From NCBI GenBank assembly GCA_034670305.1, contig JAXMNT010000011.1:1-64000 (forward strand): DNA of 64,000 nucleotides, in the 5' to 3' direction. Position 1 is the stretch's first letter. The number at the start of each line of letters is the position of its first letter. Below are positions 10,133 to 19,688 of this stretch, one piece after another. The notes below the pieces were generated by a model. That model saw only the letters and a program-made list of their open reading frames with translations. It ran no database searches and was not told the origin of the DNA. Position numbers and translations under genes: made by a program. This DNA comes from Deltaproteobacteria bacterium (GTDB lineage: Bacteria > Myxococcota_A > Polyangia > Polyangiales > Houyiibacteriaceae).

Positions 10133-10972
10133 TCAGCTCCGCCACTGCCGGCCACCGGCCAGCTGGTCCGCGAACGCGACGAGGTCCTGTTCCTTCTTGA
10201 GCAGCGCGCCGAGGAAGGGCAGGTCGCGGTCGAGTTTCACGTCGCCGATGCCCGCCCGCCGCAGCACCGTGATCCAATCGACCAGCTCGCTCGTGCTCGG
10301 TCGTTTGCGGAGCCGCTTCATCGCGCGCAGCTCGTAGAAAGTCTCAATCGCCTGCTGCGCCAAGGACTCTGCGAGGTCCGGGTGGTGCACTTTCACGATG
10401 CGCTCCATCAGTTCCTGCTCGGGGAAGTCGATGAAGTGGAAGACGCAGCGCCGCAGGAACGCGTCGGGCAGCTCCTTCTCCGCGTTGCTCGTGATGAGCA
10501 CGATGGGCCGCTGGGTCGCGACGATCTCTTCTTGGGTCTCGTCGATGAAGAAGCGCATCCGGTCGAGCTCGTTGAGCAGGTCGTTCGGAAACTCGACGTC
10601 CGCTTTGTCGATCTCGTCGATCAAGAGCACGACGCGTTCCCGGGCCGCGAACGACTTCCCCATCGGTCCGAGCTTGATGTACTCGCTGATGTCCGCGACG
10701 TCCTTGTCCTGGAAGCGCGAGTCGTAGAGCCGCTGCACCGTGTCGTAGACGTAGAGGCCGTCCTGCGCGCGCGTGGTGCTCTTGACGTTCCATCGGATGA
10801 GCCGAAGCCCGAGCGCTTCGGTCACCGCTTCGGCGAGCAACGTCTTGCCGGTGCCCGGTTCGCCGCGGACCAGCAGCGGTCGTTCGAGCGCGAGCGCGCA
10901 GTTCACGGCGGCTTCGAGGCCTTCGCTCGTGAGGTAGGAGTCGGTTCCGGTGAATCGTCGGAAGTCGGTCAT
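10133..10972 (-). CDS. MoxR-family AAA+ ATPase
   Basis: Walker A GEPGTGKT, Walker B VLLIDEIDKAD, FPNDLL, ELPDAFLRRC. Confidence 0.93.
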   Translation of the reverse strand: MTDFRRFTGTDSYLTSEGLEAAVNCALALERPLLVRGEPGTGKTLLAEAVTEALGLRLIRWNVKSTTRAQDGLYVYDTVQRLYDSRFQDKDVADISEYIKLGPMGKSFAARERVVLLIDEIDKADVEFPNDLLNELDRMRFFIDETQEEIVATQRPIVLITSNAEKELPDAFLRRCVFHFIDFPEQELMERIVKVHHPDLAESLAQQAIETFYELRAMKRLRKRPSTSELVDWITVLRRAGIGDVKLDRDLPFLGALLKKEQDLVAFADQLAGGRQWRS

Positions 10973-11127
10973 CGGGTCTTCTTTTTCTTCTTGGTCTTGG
11001 AACCGGCCTTCAGCGCGGTCTTCGGTTTCGTCTTCGGGCGCACCCGCTCGTAGCCACGACCCAGCTTCCAGCCCAGGCTTGCGCCCGCTGCTGCACCAAC
11101 GCCGAGTAGGATGAGGTAGAGAGTCAT
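10969..11127 (-). CDS. Small membrane-anchored Lys-rich protein
   Basis: MTLYLILLGVGAAAGASLGW...KKKKKTR; stop overlaps the MoxR ATG (ATGA). Confidence 0.55.
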   Translation of the reverse strand: MTLYLILLGVGAAAGASLGWKLGRGYERVRPKTKPKTALKAGSKTKKKKKTR

Positions 11128-11271
11128 GGCACGTGGTTTCTTTAGGGCTGCGGGGAGCGTCACCCAGTGCTCGAGTGCGCCCCAACACGGCGCAGCGTCG
11201 AACGGATAATGAATGACCATTCACTCTACCATGCAGGATCGGGCACGCGCCACGCGACGGTCGCCGGGCCG

Positions 11272-11340
11272 GCATCGGCATCGGCTTCGGAGTCGGCTTC
11301 GGCTTCGGCTTCGGGGTCGGCTTCGGGGATCGGCGTCGGC
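11272..11340. repeat. Hexamer array (TCGGCT/TCGGCA)n
   Basis: Visible tract between divergent genes. Confidence 0.85.
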
Positions 11341-11359
11341 TCCCCCGAGCCCTCGCGAG

Positions 11360-12277
11360 ATGGGCGGCCAGCGCCCTTCCAACCCGGTCCTCGTGCTCGC
11401 GCTCTTGTGCTCTACGGCCTGCGGAAGTTGCGGCCCAGATGCGCGGGTCGAAGGGCCGGCCCCGTACATTCGATGTGCGCTGCAAGAGCCCGAACCCCGT
11501 GAGCTCACCGCGGACGGAGTCACTGCGGTGCTCGCCGATCGCACGCTGACCCTCTCCGGCGCGGCCCGGTTCTTGGTCTTCAACGCCGCCGAGAACCTCG
11601 ACGCCCTGGCCGAGTTGCCGGCCGGTCCCGCGATCGTGCTGGGCGGGTTCGCCCGGACCGAAGAGGGCGCCGAGCGGTTCGCGGAGGCCATGGGCAGCCG
11701 GTTCGCGCTGCTGCTCCCGGGCGGGCTCGACGACCCCGACTTCATCGACGACGCGATCTCCGCCAACGCGATCGATCTGCGCGGCGTGCACCGCGTGGTG
11801 CTTCCGGGTGGCGAGCTCGTGGTCGTGCCCGGTGCGTTCGACGGCCGGTTGGCCATCGGCGACGACGCGTGCGGCTTCGGTGCGGCCGACCTGACGCTGC
11901 TGCAGGAGTCGCTTGAGGGAGAGATCGACCGGCGGTGGTGGCTCTCCTGGGAAGCCCCGCTCGGCACCGGCGCCGTGGCACCCGACCTCGGCTTCGAGGG
12001 CGCGCACGTCGGCGCCCAGGCGTTGCTCGACCTCGGCGGGACGCTCGGCATCGCGGGCGGCGTGTTCGGCTACCCAGAGACCCAAGCCGGGCTCGGCTCC
12101 GCCGATCTCGGCACCCGCGCGGTGCCGGCCGACGAGTTCGCCCCGGACCTCAGCTTCGTCGCGCCGACGCTTGGACGCGTTGTCGAACGGGCGGACGAGA
12201 GCCGCACCGATGGGAGCGCGGCGTGGGTGGAGTTCGGGGCGGAGGGCATGCGCTGGTCGGCGGTGGTGGCGGAGTAG
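11360..12277 (+). CDS. Lipoprotein with degenerate metallophosphoesterase-like fold
   Basis: Lipobox-like STACG; motif spacing VLGG / LPGGLD / LSWEAP / VFGYP echoes calcineurin-like motifs without the metal ligands. Confidence 0.55.
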   Translation: MGGQRPSNPVLVLALLCSTACGSCGPDARVEGPAPYIRCALQEPEPRELTADGVTAVLADRTLTLSGAARFLVFNAAENLDALAELPAGPAIVLGGFARTEEGAERFAEAMGSRFALLLPGGLDDPDFIDDAISANAIDLRGVHRVVLPGGELVVVPGAFDGRLAIGDDACGFGAADLTLLQESLEGEIDRRWWLSWEAPLGTGAVAPDLGFEGAHVGAQALLDLGGTLGIAGGVFGYPETQAGLGSADLGTRAVPADEFAPDLSFVAPTLGRVVERADESRTDGSAAWVEFGAEGMRWSAVVAE

Positions 12278-12278
12278 G

Positions 12279-12495
12279 ACGCCGACGCCGACGCCGAAGC
12301 CGAGGCTGATGCCGACGCCGACTCCGACGCCGAAGCCGACGCCGAAGCCGAAGCCGAAGCCGACGCCGAAGCCGACGCCGAAGCCGAAGCCGACGCCGAA
12401 GCCGACGCCGAAGCCGACCCTGGCCTCATCCTCTCCTTCGGATTCGGATTCGGATTCTTGAGGGCAAGGGCAGGGGCAAGGGCAGGGGCAAGGGG
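12279..12495. repeat. Composite hexamer array (GCCGAC/GCCGAA)n-CATCCTCTCCT-(TCGGAT)n-(GGGCAA)n
   Basis: Starts just after the TAG at 12277. Confidence 0.9.
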
Positions 12496-12545
12496 GGAGG
12501 CGGGCGCTGGCTTTGGTCGCTGTCGGCTGCTAGCAGTCTCGGCCG

Positions 12546-13115
12546 ATGGCGTTCAACCTCGACATTCCCGAGATCGAATCGACTCCGCAGAAGCGGTACG
12601 AGTTTGATGTGACGGCGGCTTGGATCGCCGAGAGCTTGGCGGACACCGAGCTCTCCGCACCCAACGAGACCGCGCCCGACGTGGTGCTCGGGCACGTCGT
12701 CGTCAGCGCGACGAAGACCGGGCCGGACCTGCTCCTGCAAGCCAGCGTGTCGGTGAAGCTTCAGGCGGACTGTGTGCGCTGCACCGATCCGGTCGAGTTC
12801 ACCTTCGACAAAGACTTCACCCGGCTGCTCTCTCCGGCGAGCTCGGTCAGCCACAAGTCGGATGCGGAAGAGGTCGAACTCTCGGCCGCGGATCTCGACG
12901 TCGATCATTTCGAGGGCGACGTGGTCGACTTCGCGCCCTTCCTCCGGGAACACCTCCTGCTCGAGAGCCCGTCGCGGCCGGTGTGTGTGAACGGCTGTTC
13001 CGATCCCGTCGTCGTCGCCATCCTCGATCGCGGCGAAGCACCGCCTGCGCCTGCCCCCGCCTCTCCCTTCGCCGGCCTCGCCGGGCTGAAGGTCGAACCG
13101 AAGAAGGACAAGTAG
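12546..13115 (+). CDS. yceD: YceD/DUF177 family protein
   Basis: CVRC motif, VDFAPFLREHLLLESPSRPVCVNGC, SPFAGLAGLK tail; upstream of the fab cluster. Confidence 0.88.
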   Translation: MAFNLDIPEIESTPQKRYEFDVTAAWIAESLADTELSAPNETAPDVVLGHVVVSATKTGPDLLLQASVSVKLQADCVRCTDPVEFTFDKDFTRLLSPASSVSHKSDAEEVELSAADLDVDHFEGDVVDFAPFLREHLLLESPSRPVCVNGCSDPVVVAILDRGEAPPAPAPASPFAGLAGLKVEPKKDK

Positions 13116-13862
13116 ATGTTCGATCTCACAGGGCGCGTCGCGCTCGTCACCGGTGGCAGCCGCGGCATCGGCCGCGCGGTCTGCATCGGCCTCGCGCAAG
13201 CGGGCGCCACAGTCGTCGTGAACTACCGCTCCGGCGAAGAAGCCGCGCGTGAGACGGTCGCGACGATCGAAGCCGCGGGCGGCAAGGCGGAAATCCTCCA
13301 GTTCGACGTCGCCGACGAAGAAGCTGCGGCTGCGGCGATCAAGGATGTCGCCAAGCGCCTAGGATCGTTGGACATTCTGGTGAACAACGCCGGAATTGCG
13401 ATGGATCAGCTGCTTCTGCGGGTGAAAGCCTCCGAGATCGAGACGACCTTCCAGGTCAACGTCGCCGGCAGCATTTTCTGCGCGAAAGCAGCCATTCGCC
13501 CGATGATGAAGGCCCGCCACGGCCGCATCATCAACCTCTCGAGCGTGGTGGGCGAAGCGGGCAACCCGGGCCAAGCGGTGTACTCCGCGTCCAAAGCTGC
13601 CGTCCTCGGGTTGACGAAGACCCTGGCTCGCGAGTACGCCTCGCGCGGCATCACGGTCAACGCCGTGGCGCCCGGATACATCGACACCGACATGACTGCA
13701 GGGCTCCCCGAACAGGCCAAGCTGGCCATCACCGAGCAGACCCCCCTCGGGCGCGTAGGACGCCCCGAAGAGGTCGCCGCTGCCGTCGTGTTCCTCGCCA
13801 GTGACGAGGCCGGTTACGTCACCGGACAGGTGCTTCGTGTGAACGGCGGAATGTACGTCTGA
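13116..13862 (+). CDS. fabG: 3-oxoacyl-ACP reductase
   Basis: TGGSRGIG, NNAGI, YSASK, VNAVAPGYI, VNGGM. Confidence 0.96.
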   Translation: MFDLTGRVALVTGGSRGIGRAVCIGLAQAGATVVVNYRSGEEAARETVATIEAAGGKAEILQFDVADEEAAAAAIKDVAKRLGSLDILVNNAGIAMDQLLLRVKASEIETTFQVNVAGSIFCAKAAIRPMMKARHGRIINLSSVVGEAGNPGQAVYSASKAAVLGLTKTLAREYASRGITVNAVAPGYIDTDMTAGLPEQAKLAITEQTPLGRVGRPEEVAAAVVFLASDEAGYVTGQVLRVNGGMYV

Positions 13863-13928
13863 CTTTCGCGCCCCGTTGGGACGGAGCGGACCGAGCGGCC
13901 CTCAGGGGCCCGATCGTGGAGGAAAACT

Positions 13929-14162
13929 ATGGAAATCGCGGACAAGGTCAAAGAGATCATCTCGCAGCAGTTGGATGTCGACACGTCCAAGATCGAAGAC
14001 AACGCATCGTTCATCGACGATCTCGGAGCGGACTCGCTTGCGATCGTAGAGCTCGTGCTCGCGTTCGAAGAGCAGTTCGAGATCGACATCCCCGACGAGG
14101 ACACGGAGAAAATCCGGACCGTCGGCGATGCGGTGGGCTACATCAAGCAGCACTCGGCCTGA
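13929..14162 (+). CDS. acpP: Acyl carrier protein
   Basis: DLGADSL phosphopantetheine site; GGAGG RBS. Confidence 0.97.
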   Translation: MEIADKVKEIISQQLDVDTSKIEDNASFIDDLGADSLAIVELVLAFEEQFEIDIPDEDTEKIRTVGDAVGYIKQHSA

Positions 14163-14169
14163 CGGCCAC

Positions 14170-14191
14170 CGCCATTCCCTCGGGAATGGCG
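14170..14191 (+). terminator. Hairpin after acpP (terminator or mRNA-stabilising stem)
   Basis: CGCCATTCCC-TC-GGGAATGGCG; no U-tract. Confidence 0.55.
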
Positions 14192-14336
14192 TAACGCATG
14201 CGTGCTCGGCGCGTCGATGTCGTGGGCCCACTCGGGTTCAGACACGGCGCGTTGCGTGCTCGTGCGCCAATGACGCTCGGCGGAGACGTCGGGCCGAACC
14301 ACGGGACACACGTCCCAAAGATGGAGTGTAGGTCGG

Positions 14337-15593
14337 ATGCGCAGAGTCGTCGTCACGGGCGTAGGGGCTGTGAGTCCTTGCGGAAAGGACACCGAGTCCA
14401 CGTGGTCTTCCGTCGTCGAGGGCCGGAGCGGCATCGCGCGCATCGCGCGTTTTGATCCCTCGGACCTCGCCTCGCAGATCGCGGGTGAGTGCAACGACTA
14501 CGACCCCGAGTTCTTCATCGAGAAGAAGCGGCTGCGGGAGATGGCGCGCTTCATCCACCACGGCATCGGCGCGAGCCAGATGGCGTTCGACGCCTCCGGA
14601 TTCGAAGCGACCGACGAAGAGATGGAACGGGTCGGCACCTTCATCGGCGTGGGCTTCTGCGGCATCGAAGTCGTGGAAGAGCAGCACAGCCGCCTGGTCG
14701 ACAAGGGCGCGCGGCGCGTCAGCCCGTACTTCATTCCTTCGGCCATCTCGAACCTCGCCAGCGGCCAGGTCTCGATGCGCTTCGGCATGAAGGGCCCGAG
14801 CTTCACCATCGCCAGCGCGTGCTCGAGCGGCGCGCACTGCATCGGCGAAGCGTACCGGTGGATCCAGCGCGGCGGCATCGACGCGGCGCTCGCCGGCGGC
14901 ACCGAAGCGAGCGTGACGCCCCTCGGTGTGGCGGGCTTCGCCTCCATGCGCGCGCTCTCCAAACGCAACGACGCGCCGGAACAGGCGAGCCGACCCTTCG
15001 ACAAGGGACGCGACGGCTTCGTCATCTCCGAAGGCGCCGGCGTGATGATGCTCGAAGAGCGCGATCGCGCGATCAAACGCGGCGCCCCGATCCTCGCAGA
15101 GATCCTCGGCTACGGCGCGAGCGCCGACGCGTACCACCTCACCCAGCCGGCACCGAACGGCGAGGGCGCGCAGCGGGCCATGCGGTCCGCGCTCGAAGAC
15201 GCGAAACTCGAACTGACCGACGTCGACTACATCAACGCGCACGGCACCTCGACGCCGACCGGCGACGCGCAGGAGCTCATCGCGATCAAGTCCGTCTTCG
15301 GCGACCACGCCACGAACGGACTCTTGGTCTCGAGCACCAAGAGCGTGCACGGCCACTTGCTCGGTGCCGCCGGCGGACTCGAGTGCGTGATCGCCGCGCT
15401 CGGCCTGCGCGACAGCGTGGTGCCGCCGACCATGAACCTCGACGACCCGGACGACGCGGCCGAAGGCCTCGACCTCGTCCCGCACGAAGCCCGCCGCAAG
15501 GCGCAGAAGGTCGCGCTCAGCAACTCGTTCGGGTTCGGCGGCACCAACGTCACCGTCGCGTTCGGTTCGGCCGCGTTCTCGGAGACCCGGTGA
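14337..15593 (+). CDS. fabF: Beta-ketoacyl-ACP synthase II
   Basis: SACSSG catalytic Cys, NAHGTST, HGHLLGAAG, SNSFGFGG. Confidence 0.96.
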   Translation: MRRVVVTGVGAVSPCGKDTESTWSSVVEGRSGIARIARFDPSDLASQIAGECNDYDPEFFIEKKRLREMARFIHHGIGASQMAFDASGFEATDEEMERVGTFIGVGFCGIEVVEEQHSRLVDKGARRVSPYFIPSAISNLASGQVSMRFGMKGPSFTIASACSSGAHCIGEAYRWIQRGGIDAALAGGTEASVTPLGVAGFASMRALSKRNDAPEQASRPFDKGRDGFVISEGAGVMMLEERDRAIKRGAPILAEILGYGASADAYHLTQPAPNGEGAQRAMRSALEDAKLELTDVDYINAHGTSTPTGDAQELIAIKSVFGDHATNGLLVSSTKSVHGHLLGAAGGLECVIAALGLRDSVVPPTMNLDDPDDAAEGLDLVPHEARRKAQKVALSNSFGFGGTNVTVAFGSAAFSETR

Positions 15594-16039
15594 GCCGCAC
15601 CATTCACGCGGCCAGCGACCACGCCGGCCTCGAGTTGAAGAACCACCTGGTCGAGGTGCTGCGCGCCGCCGGCCACGAAGTCGAAGACCACGGCACCCAC
15701 GACGGCGCCTCGGTGGACTACCCGGACTTCGCGCACGTCATCGCGGACGTGGTTGCGAAAGACGAAGGCACGGAAGACGGCGCGATCGGGCTGCTCGTCT
15801 GCGGCACCGGCCTCGGCATGTCGATCGCCGCCAACCGCCACGCCGGCGTGCGCGCCGCGCTCTGCCACGACGTCTTCAGCGCGCGCATGACCCGCGCCCA
15901 CAACGACGCGAACATCCTCTGCATGGGCGCCCGGGTCGTCGGCATCGGCGTCGCGGAAGAAGTCGCCACCGCGTTCTTCGGCGGCGCGTTCGAAGGCGGC
16001 CGCCACGCCCGACGCGTCGGCAAGATCGAACCGAAGTAG
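15590..16039 (+). CDS. rpiB: Ribose-5-phosphate isomerase B
   Basis: ASDHAG, VDYPD, CGTGLGMSIAAN, HNDAN, FEGGRHARRV; GTGA overlap with the fabF stop. Confidence 0.95.
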   Translation: MSRTIHAASDHAGLELKNHLVEVLRAAGHEVEDHGTHDGASVDYPDFAHVIADVVAKDEGTEDGAIGLLVCGTGLGMSIAANRHAGVRAALCHDVFSARMTRAHNDANILCMGARVVGIGVAEEVATAFFGGAFEGGRHARRVGKIEPK

Positions 16040-16045
16040 TCCTTC

Positions 16046-16333
16046 GTGATCATTCCGCAGGACCAGCTCTTCCGCGACGAACGCGAGCGCTACCAGCTCC
16101 GCTGGAACTGCGAAGACTGCGCCCACTTCGCCCCCAACGGCCTCGCCGACCCCGGCACGCCGACGACCGAGGGCGCGACCGAAGGCGGGGAGGGTGCTGC
16201 TGCGGCCGTAGGCGACACCGAGAAGAAGCCGCCCGTCTGCGTGCACGGCTTCCCGATCCAGCGCCACCGCCGCGCCCGCTACGACGATCCCGAAGCCGAG
16301 CTGTTGTTCTGCAAAGAACACGTCCTGGACTAG
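16046..16333 (+). CDS. Small putative metal-binding protein
   Basis: CEDCAHF...CVHGFP...FCKE. Confidence 0.65.
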   Translation: MIIPQDQLFRDERERYQLRWNCEDCAHFAPNGLADPGTPTTEGATEGGEGAAAAVGDTEKKPPVCVHGFPIQRHRRARYDDPEAELLFCKEHVLD

Positions 16334-16431
16334 CAGGAGCCGAAAGGCGAGTGCTCCCGTGCCCGTGCCCTTGCCCTTGCCCGTGCCCTTGCGTTCGGGG
16401 GCCGCAGGTGACCACTCACCCCACAACGGAG

Positions 16432-16550
16432 TGCGACGGAACTCCCCCACACTCCCCCTCAACTCCCCCCAACTCTCCCGAAATTGAACGGGACCGGCCG
16501 AGTCACGCACCGCCCGCAGAAGTGACCACGCCGACGGCGACCGGCCGGAC
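16432..16550 (+). repeat. Dispersed AACTC-rich repeat, copy A
   Basis: TGCGACGGAACT...AACTCTCCCGAAATTGAACGGG...GTGACCACGC shared with 26955 and 39712; preceded by a short hexamer tract at 16356-16392. Confidence 0.85.
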
Positions 16551-16675
16551 TGTGACGCGATGGCCTGCTGCCAAAGCCCGTCTGTGCGCCCTACTGAAAC
16601 GAGAGCACGGCTGCCTCGGTTCACGCGGCGGGCTGCTTGGTGGTTGTTCTCATGGGGTCCAGGAACACAGAGGTG

Positions 16676-18040
16676 TTACTGGACCGCGTCCAGCAACGTT
16701 TGCGCGTGCGCGACCGGAGGGAAGCCGAGCCAGTGCGCGTCGATGTTCGGCTCCGCGAACGATGCCCGCAGCGCCTCTCGTTCCCGGCGCGCCGCCGCGT
16801 CCTGCGCCGCCCGCTCCGAGGCGCTCAGCTTCGAATCGAAGAACGTCTTGCACGCGTGCGCGAGTGCGGCGTGGTCGAGTTCGTCTTCCGCGATCTCTGC
16901 GAACACCCGGCGCGCCGGCGCCCACTGCGCGTGCGCGGACTGGTAGAGCGCGACCGCGGCCGCGTACGTCTCTCCGACGCACCCTTCGAGCGCGTTCTCC
17001 ATCGCACACGCGGCGAGTGACCGAATCGGCAAAGGCTCCAGCGCATCGCTCGGCGCGTCGACCTCGAACCCTCCGACCTCGAACTGAAGCGCGGTCGCCA
17101 GTTCTACGCCAAGCCGCGCATGCCGCCGCTCGTCGTCGGCTGCCTTGGCCGCGGCACGCACCAGCTCGTCCGGCGCCCCGTGCGCGCGCAACTCTCGGCC
17201 GAGCCGATCGAACGCGCGGACCGACTCCGCCTCCTGGTGCACCATGCGCGCGAGCAACCCACGCAACGTGCCGCCGCTCGGGCAGTCGACGAACCCCTCT
17301 GGCCGGCGGCCGAGCGGATGGCAGCCGTCCACTCGGTTCTGAGCGGTCTCGGCGCGCGCGGTCTCTTCGATCGCGCCGTCGGGCCGCACCAAGAGCCGGA
17401 CTTGGTAGTGGTGCGCCATCATCGATGCGCAGTCGCCTTCCTCTTCGTGGAGGTGGGTGATCACTTCCCACCCGCCGGGCACCTCGCTCACGAACCCGGT
17501 CCGGATCGAGAGCGGGTTGTCCTCAGGGTTCGCCAGCACGTAGCGCGCATCGATCCAGACCGCGGCCATCGCCTTCTGCGGGCTGTCGATGGGACCGAGC
17601 GCAGCCGGGCTGTCGAAGACGGACTCCGCGCCCGCCTCATCGATCACCACCAGTGCGTTGCCCGTGCGGTGTTCGTGGCGGCGCAGGATCTCCGCGACCG
17701 TCGCCGGACACGTCTCGAACTCCGCGGGTGGGTCGCCGTAATCCTCCACCGCGCGCTGGCAGTTGAACCCCGACTTCTCGAGCGCGATCTGCGGACCGCG
17801 ATCCTCTCCCCACGAGTCGAGCCGCGTGAGCGGACCGAGGAACGCGAAGTAGTGAACGCTCTCTAGAAACGCACCCTCTTCGAGCTGCACGGACGCGAGC
17901 CCGCTCACGTCCACCGGGGCGACGACCGTCTCCACCGGCTGGACCGAAGTGGCCGAACCACACGCGACGACCGCCCCCAGCGCCGAAGCTGCGAGCCCCT
18001 CACGCCAAGGCCGAACCAACCGCCCAAAAGGATGTGCCAT
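16676..18040 (-). CDS. Lipoprotein with C-terminal ferritin-like diiron domain
   Basis: Lipobox VVACG; GRRPEG then EAESVRAF, DERRHA, ENALEGCVGETYAA, DELDHA (paired ExxH). Confidence 0.8.
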   Translation of the reverse strand: MAHPFGRLVRPWREGLAASALGAVVACGSATSVQPVETVVAPVDVSGLASVQLEEGAFLESVHYFAFLGPLTRLDSWGEDRGPQIALEKSGFNCQRAVEDYGDPPAEFETCPATVAEILRRHEHRTGNALVVIDEAGAESVFDSPAALGPIDSPQKAMAAVWIDARYVLANPEDNPLSIRTGFVSEVPGGWEVITHLHEEEGDCASMMAHHYQVRLLVRPDGAIEETARAETAQNRVDGCHPLGRRPEGFVDCPSGGTLRGLLARMVHQEAESVRAFDRLGRELRAHGAPDELVRAAAKAADDERRHARLGVELATALQFEVGGFEVDAPSDALEPLPIRSLAACAMENALEGCVGETYAAAVALYQSAHAQWAPARRVFAEIAEDELDHAALAHACKTFFDSKLSASERAAQDAAARREREALRASFAEPNIDAHWLGFPPVAHAQTLLDAVQ

Positions 18041-18095
18041 GGAGCGGGATGGTAGCGGAGGACACGGGCTCAACAAGACCGCCCGAAGAACCCGG

Positions 18096-18476
18096 TGCCC
18101 TTGCCCGAAGAACCCTTGCCCTTGCCCTTGCCCTTGCCCTTGCCCTTCGAAAATTCCGAAGCCGAAGCCGAAGCCGAAGCCGAAGCCGAATCCGAAGCCG
18201 AAGCCGAAGCCGAATCCGAATCCGAATCCGACCCCGAATCCGAAGCCGAAGCCGAATCCGAATCCGCTCCCGCTACCGCTACCGCTACTGCTACCGCGAC
18301 CGCTTCCGCTCCCGCTTCCGCGACCGCGACCGCTACCGCTTCCGCGACCGCTTCCGCTCCTGCTTCCGCTCCCGCTACCGCGGCCGCTCCCGCGACCGCT
18401 CCCGCGCTCCCCATCCCGAATCCGTAGAAGAGGATGTGCGGTTCCCGTGCCCGTGTCCGTGCCCGTGCCCGTGCGC
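18096..18476. repeat. Composite hexamer array (GCCCTT)n-(GCCGAA)n-(GCTACC/GCTTCC)n-AGAAGAGGATG-(GCCCGT)n
   Basis: Same module order as 2723-3020. Confidence 0.9.
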
Positions 18477-18497
18477 GTGGTTCGAGTGCGACCCGCG

Positions 18498-19688
18498 CTA
18501 AACCTCCGCCCGCCGCACGGACCAGATGAACGCGTCGTACCAGAAGTGCATGAGCGAGACGACCATCGTCACCGCCCAGAAGGCGTGCCAGCTCGGGTCC
18601 ATCAGTTCTACGGACAGGCCGTACGCGCCAATGGCGACGAAGAAGGCCGCCGCCGCCCACCGTCGGCCGCCGGGTCGGGCATCGAGGCGCAGCCGCGTCG
18701 TCCAGCGGCCGCCTTCCACCGCCCACACGAGGGCGAGGTACTGCACCGCGTGGAAGAAGTTCATGATGAAGAACGCTTCGCCCCACGAGTTGAAGCCCCA
18801 CGTGTAGATCGAACACGCGCCGGTCACGACGAGCAGCACCACCTTCTGCATCGGCACGCGGTGGCCGGCGCGACGCGCCCGCAACGACGCCACGACGTAC
18901 ACGATCAAGAACAGCGAGCCCAAGACCAAGAGCGTCGTCGTCAGCACCCCAGCGTTGGCTTCGAACGCGCCCGGCGTGCGCGCGAAGATGAGCGCGAGCG
19001 GATCGTCCAGGTCGCCGAAGTCCTCGAACACCGCCACGTGATCCATGAGCGATGCGCCGGCCAGAATCGGGCCCGCGTAGAGCAGTTGGTTCAACCAGAA
19101 GTCGAGCCGCCGCAGCGTGGTCGGCTCGGTGCCCGCATTGCGTTCGTAGATGCGCGCGAAGCCGAACGTCTGCGCGCCGCTGTGCCAGACGTCCCAGAAC
19201 GTGGCGACCGCGAGGGAGAGCACCACCAACCACGTCGAGAGGAGCAGCGCCACGAAGAGCACCGGCGGCACCACGAAGAACGCGATGCGGTGCCGGCGGC
19301 GGATCGCCGCGTTGCCGTGCGAGCGAAAGAACACCGCGACCAGGTGCGCGTGGATGAGTGCGCCGATGAAGAGCGCGGCGGGCGTGGTCGGGTCGCCCGG
19401 CGCCAACGGCGACCACACCATCGACTGCGCCAGCGGCCACTGCGAGACCGCGATGCCCAACACCAAGCCCACCAGCGGCGGCAGCAAGAAGAACGCCCAG
19501 TCGTAGCCGCGCGACACGATGTACCCGCCGGTGCGCATGGGGCGTTTCGGAACGCTCGGCTCCGCGCGCTCCTTCCCCACCGCGTGTTCGTCCACCACGT
19601 GTCCGCCCACCGCGTGCGCGTGCGCGTCCACCGCGTGTTCGTCCAGCGCGTGTTCGTCCACGTGTTCAGCCAGCCACGTGCTGGTCAC
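18498..19688 (-). CDS. Polytopic membrane protein with His motifs
   Basis: Many TM segments; HAHL, WDVWHSGAQTFG, FFHAVQY, MHFWYDAFIW; the real start may be ATG at 19538. Confidence 0.75.
   Translation of the reverse strand: MTSTWLAEHVDEHALDEHAVDAHAHAVGGHVVDEHAVGKERAEPSVPKRPMRTGGYIVSRGYDWAFFLLPPLVGLVLGIAVSQWPLAQSMVWSPLAPGDPTTPAALFIGALIHAHLVAVFFRSHGNAAIRRRHRIAFFVVPPVLFVALLLSTWLVVLSLAVATFWDVWHSGAQTFGFARIYERNAGTEPTTLRRLDFWLNQLLYAGPILAGASLMDHVAVFEDFGDLDDPLALIFARTPGAFEANAGVLTTTLLVLGSLFLIVYVVASLRARRAGHRVPMQKVVLLVVTGACSIYTWGFNSWGEAFFIMNFFHAVQYLALVWAVEGGRWTTRLRLDARPGGRRWAAAAFFVAIGAYGLSVELMDPSWHAFWAVTMVVSLMHFWYDAFIWSVRRAEV

Noticed and set aside
7414-10200. 928-aa plus-strand ORF
   Set aside because: Antisense shadow of real minus-strand genes, extended by a stop-free array.
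13116-15593. Type II polyketide cluster
   Set aside because: Canonical fabG-acpP-fabF-rpiB housekeeping order; no chain-length factor or cyclases.
14489-16039. 516-aa RpiB fusion
   Set aside because: Only the last 149 aa are RpiB; the rest is an off-frame overlap with fabF.
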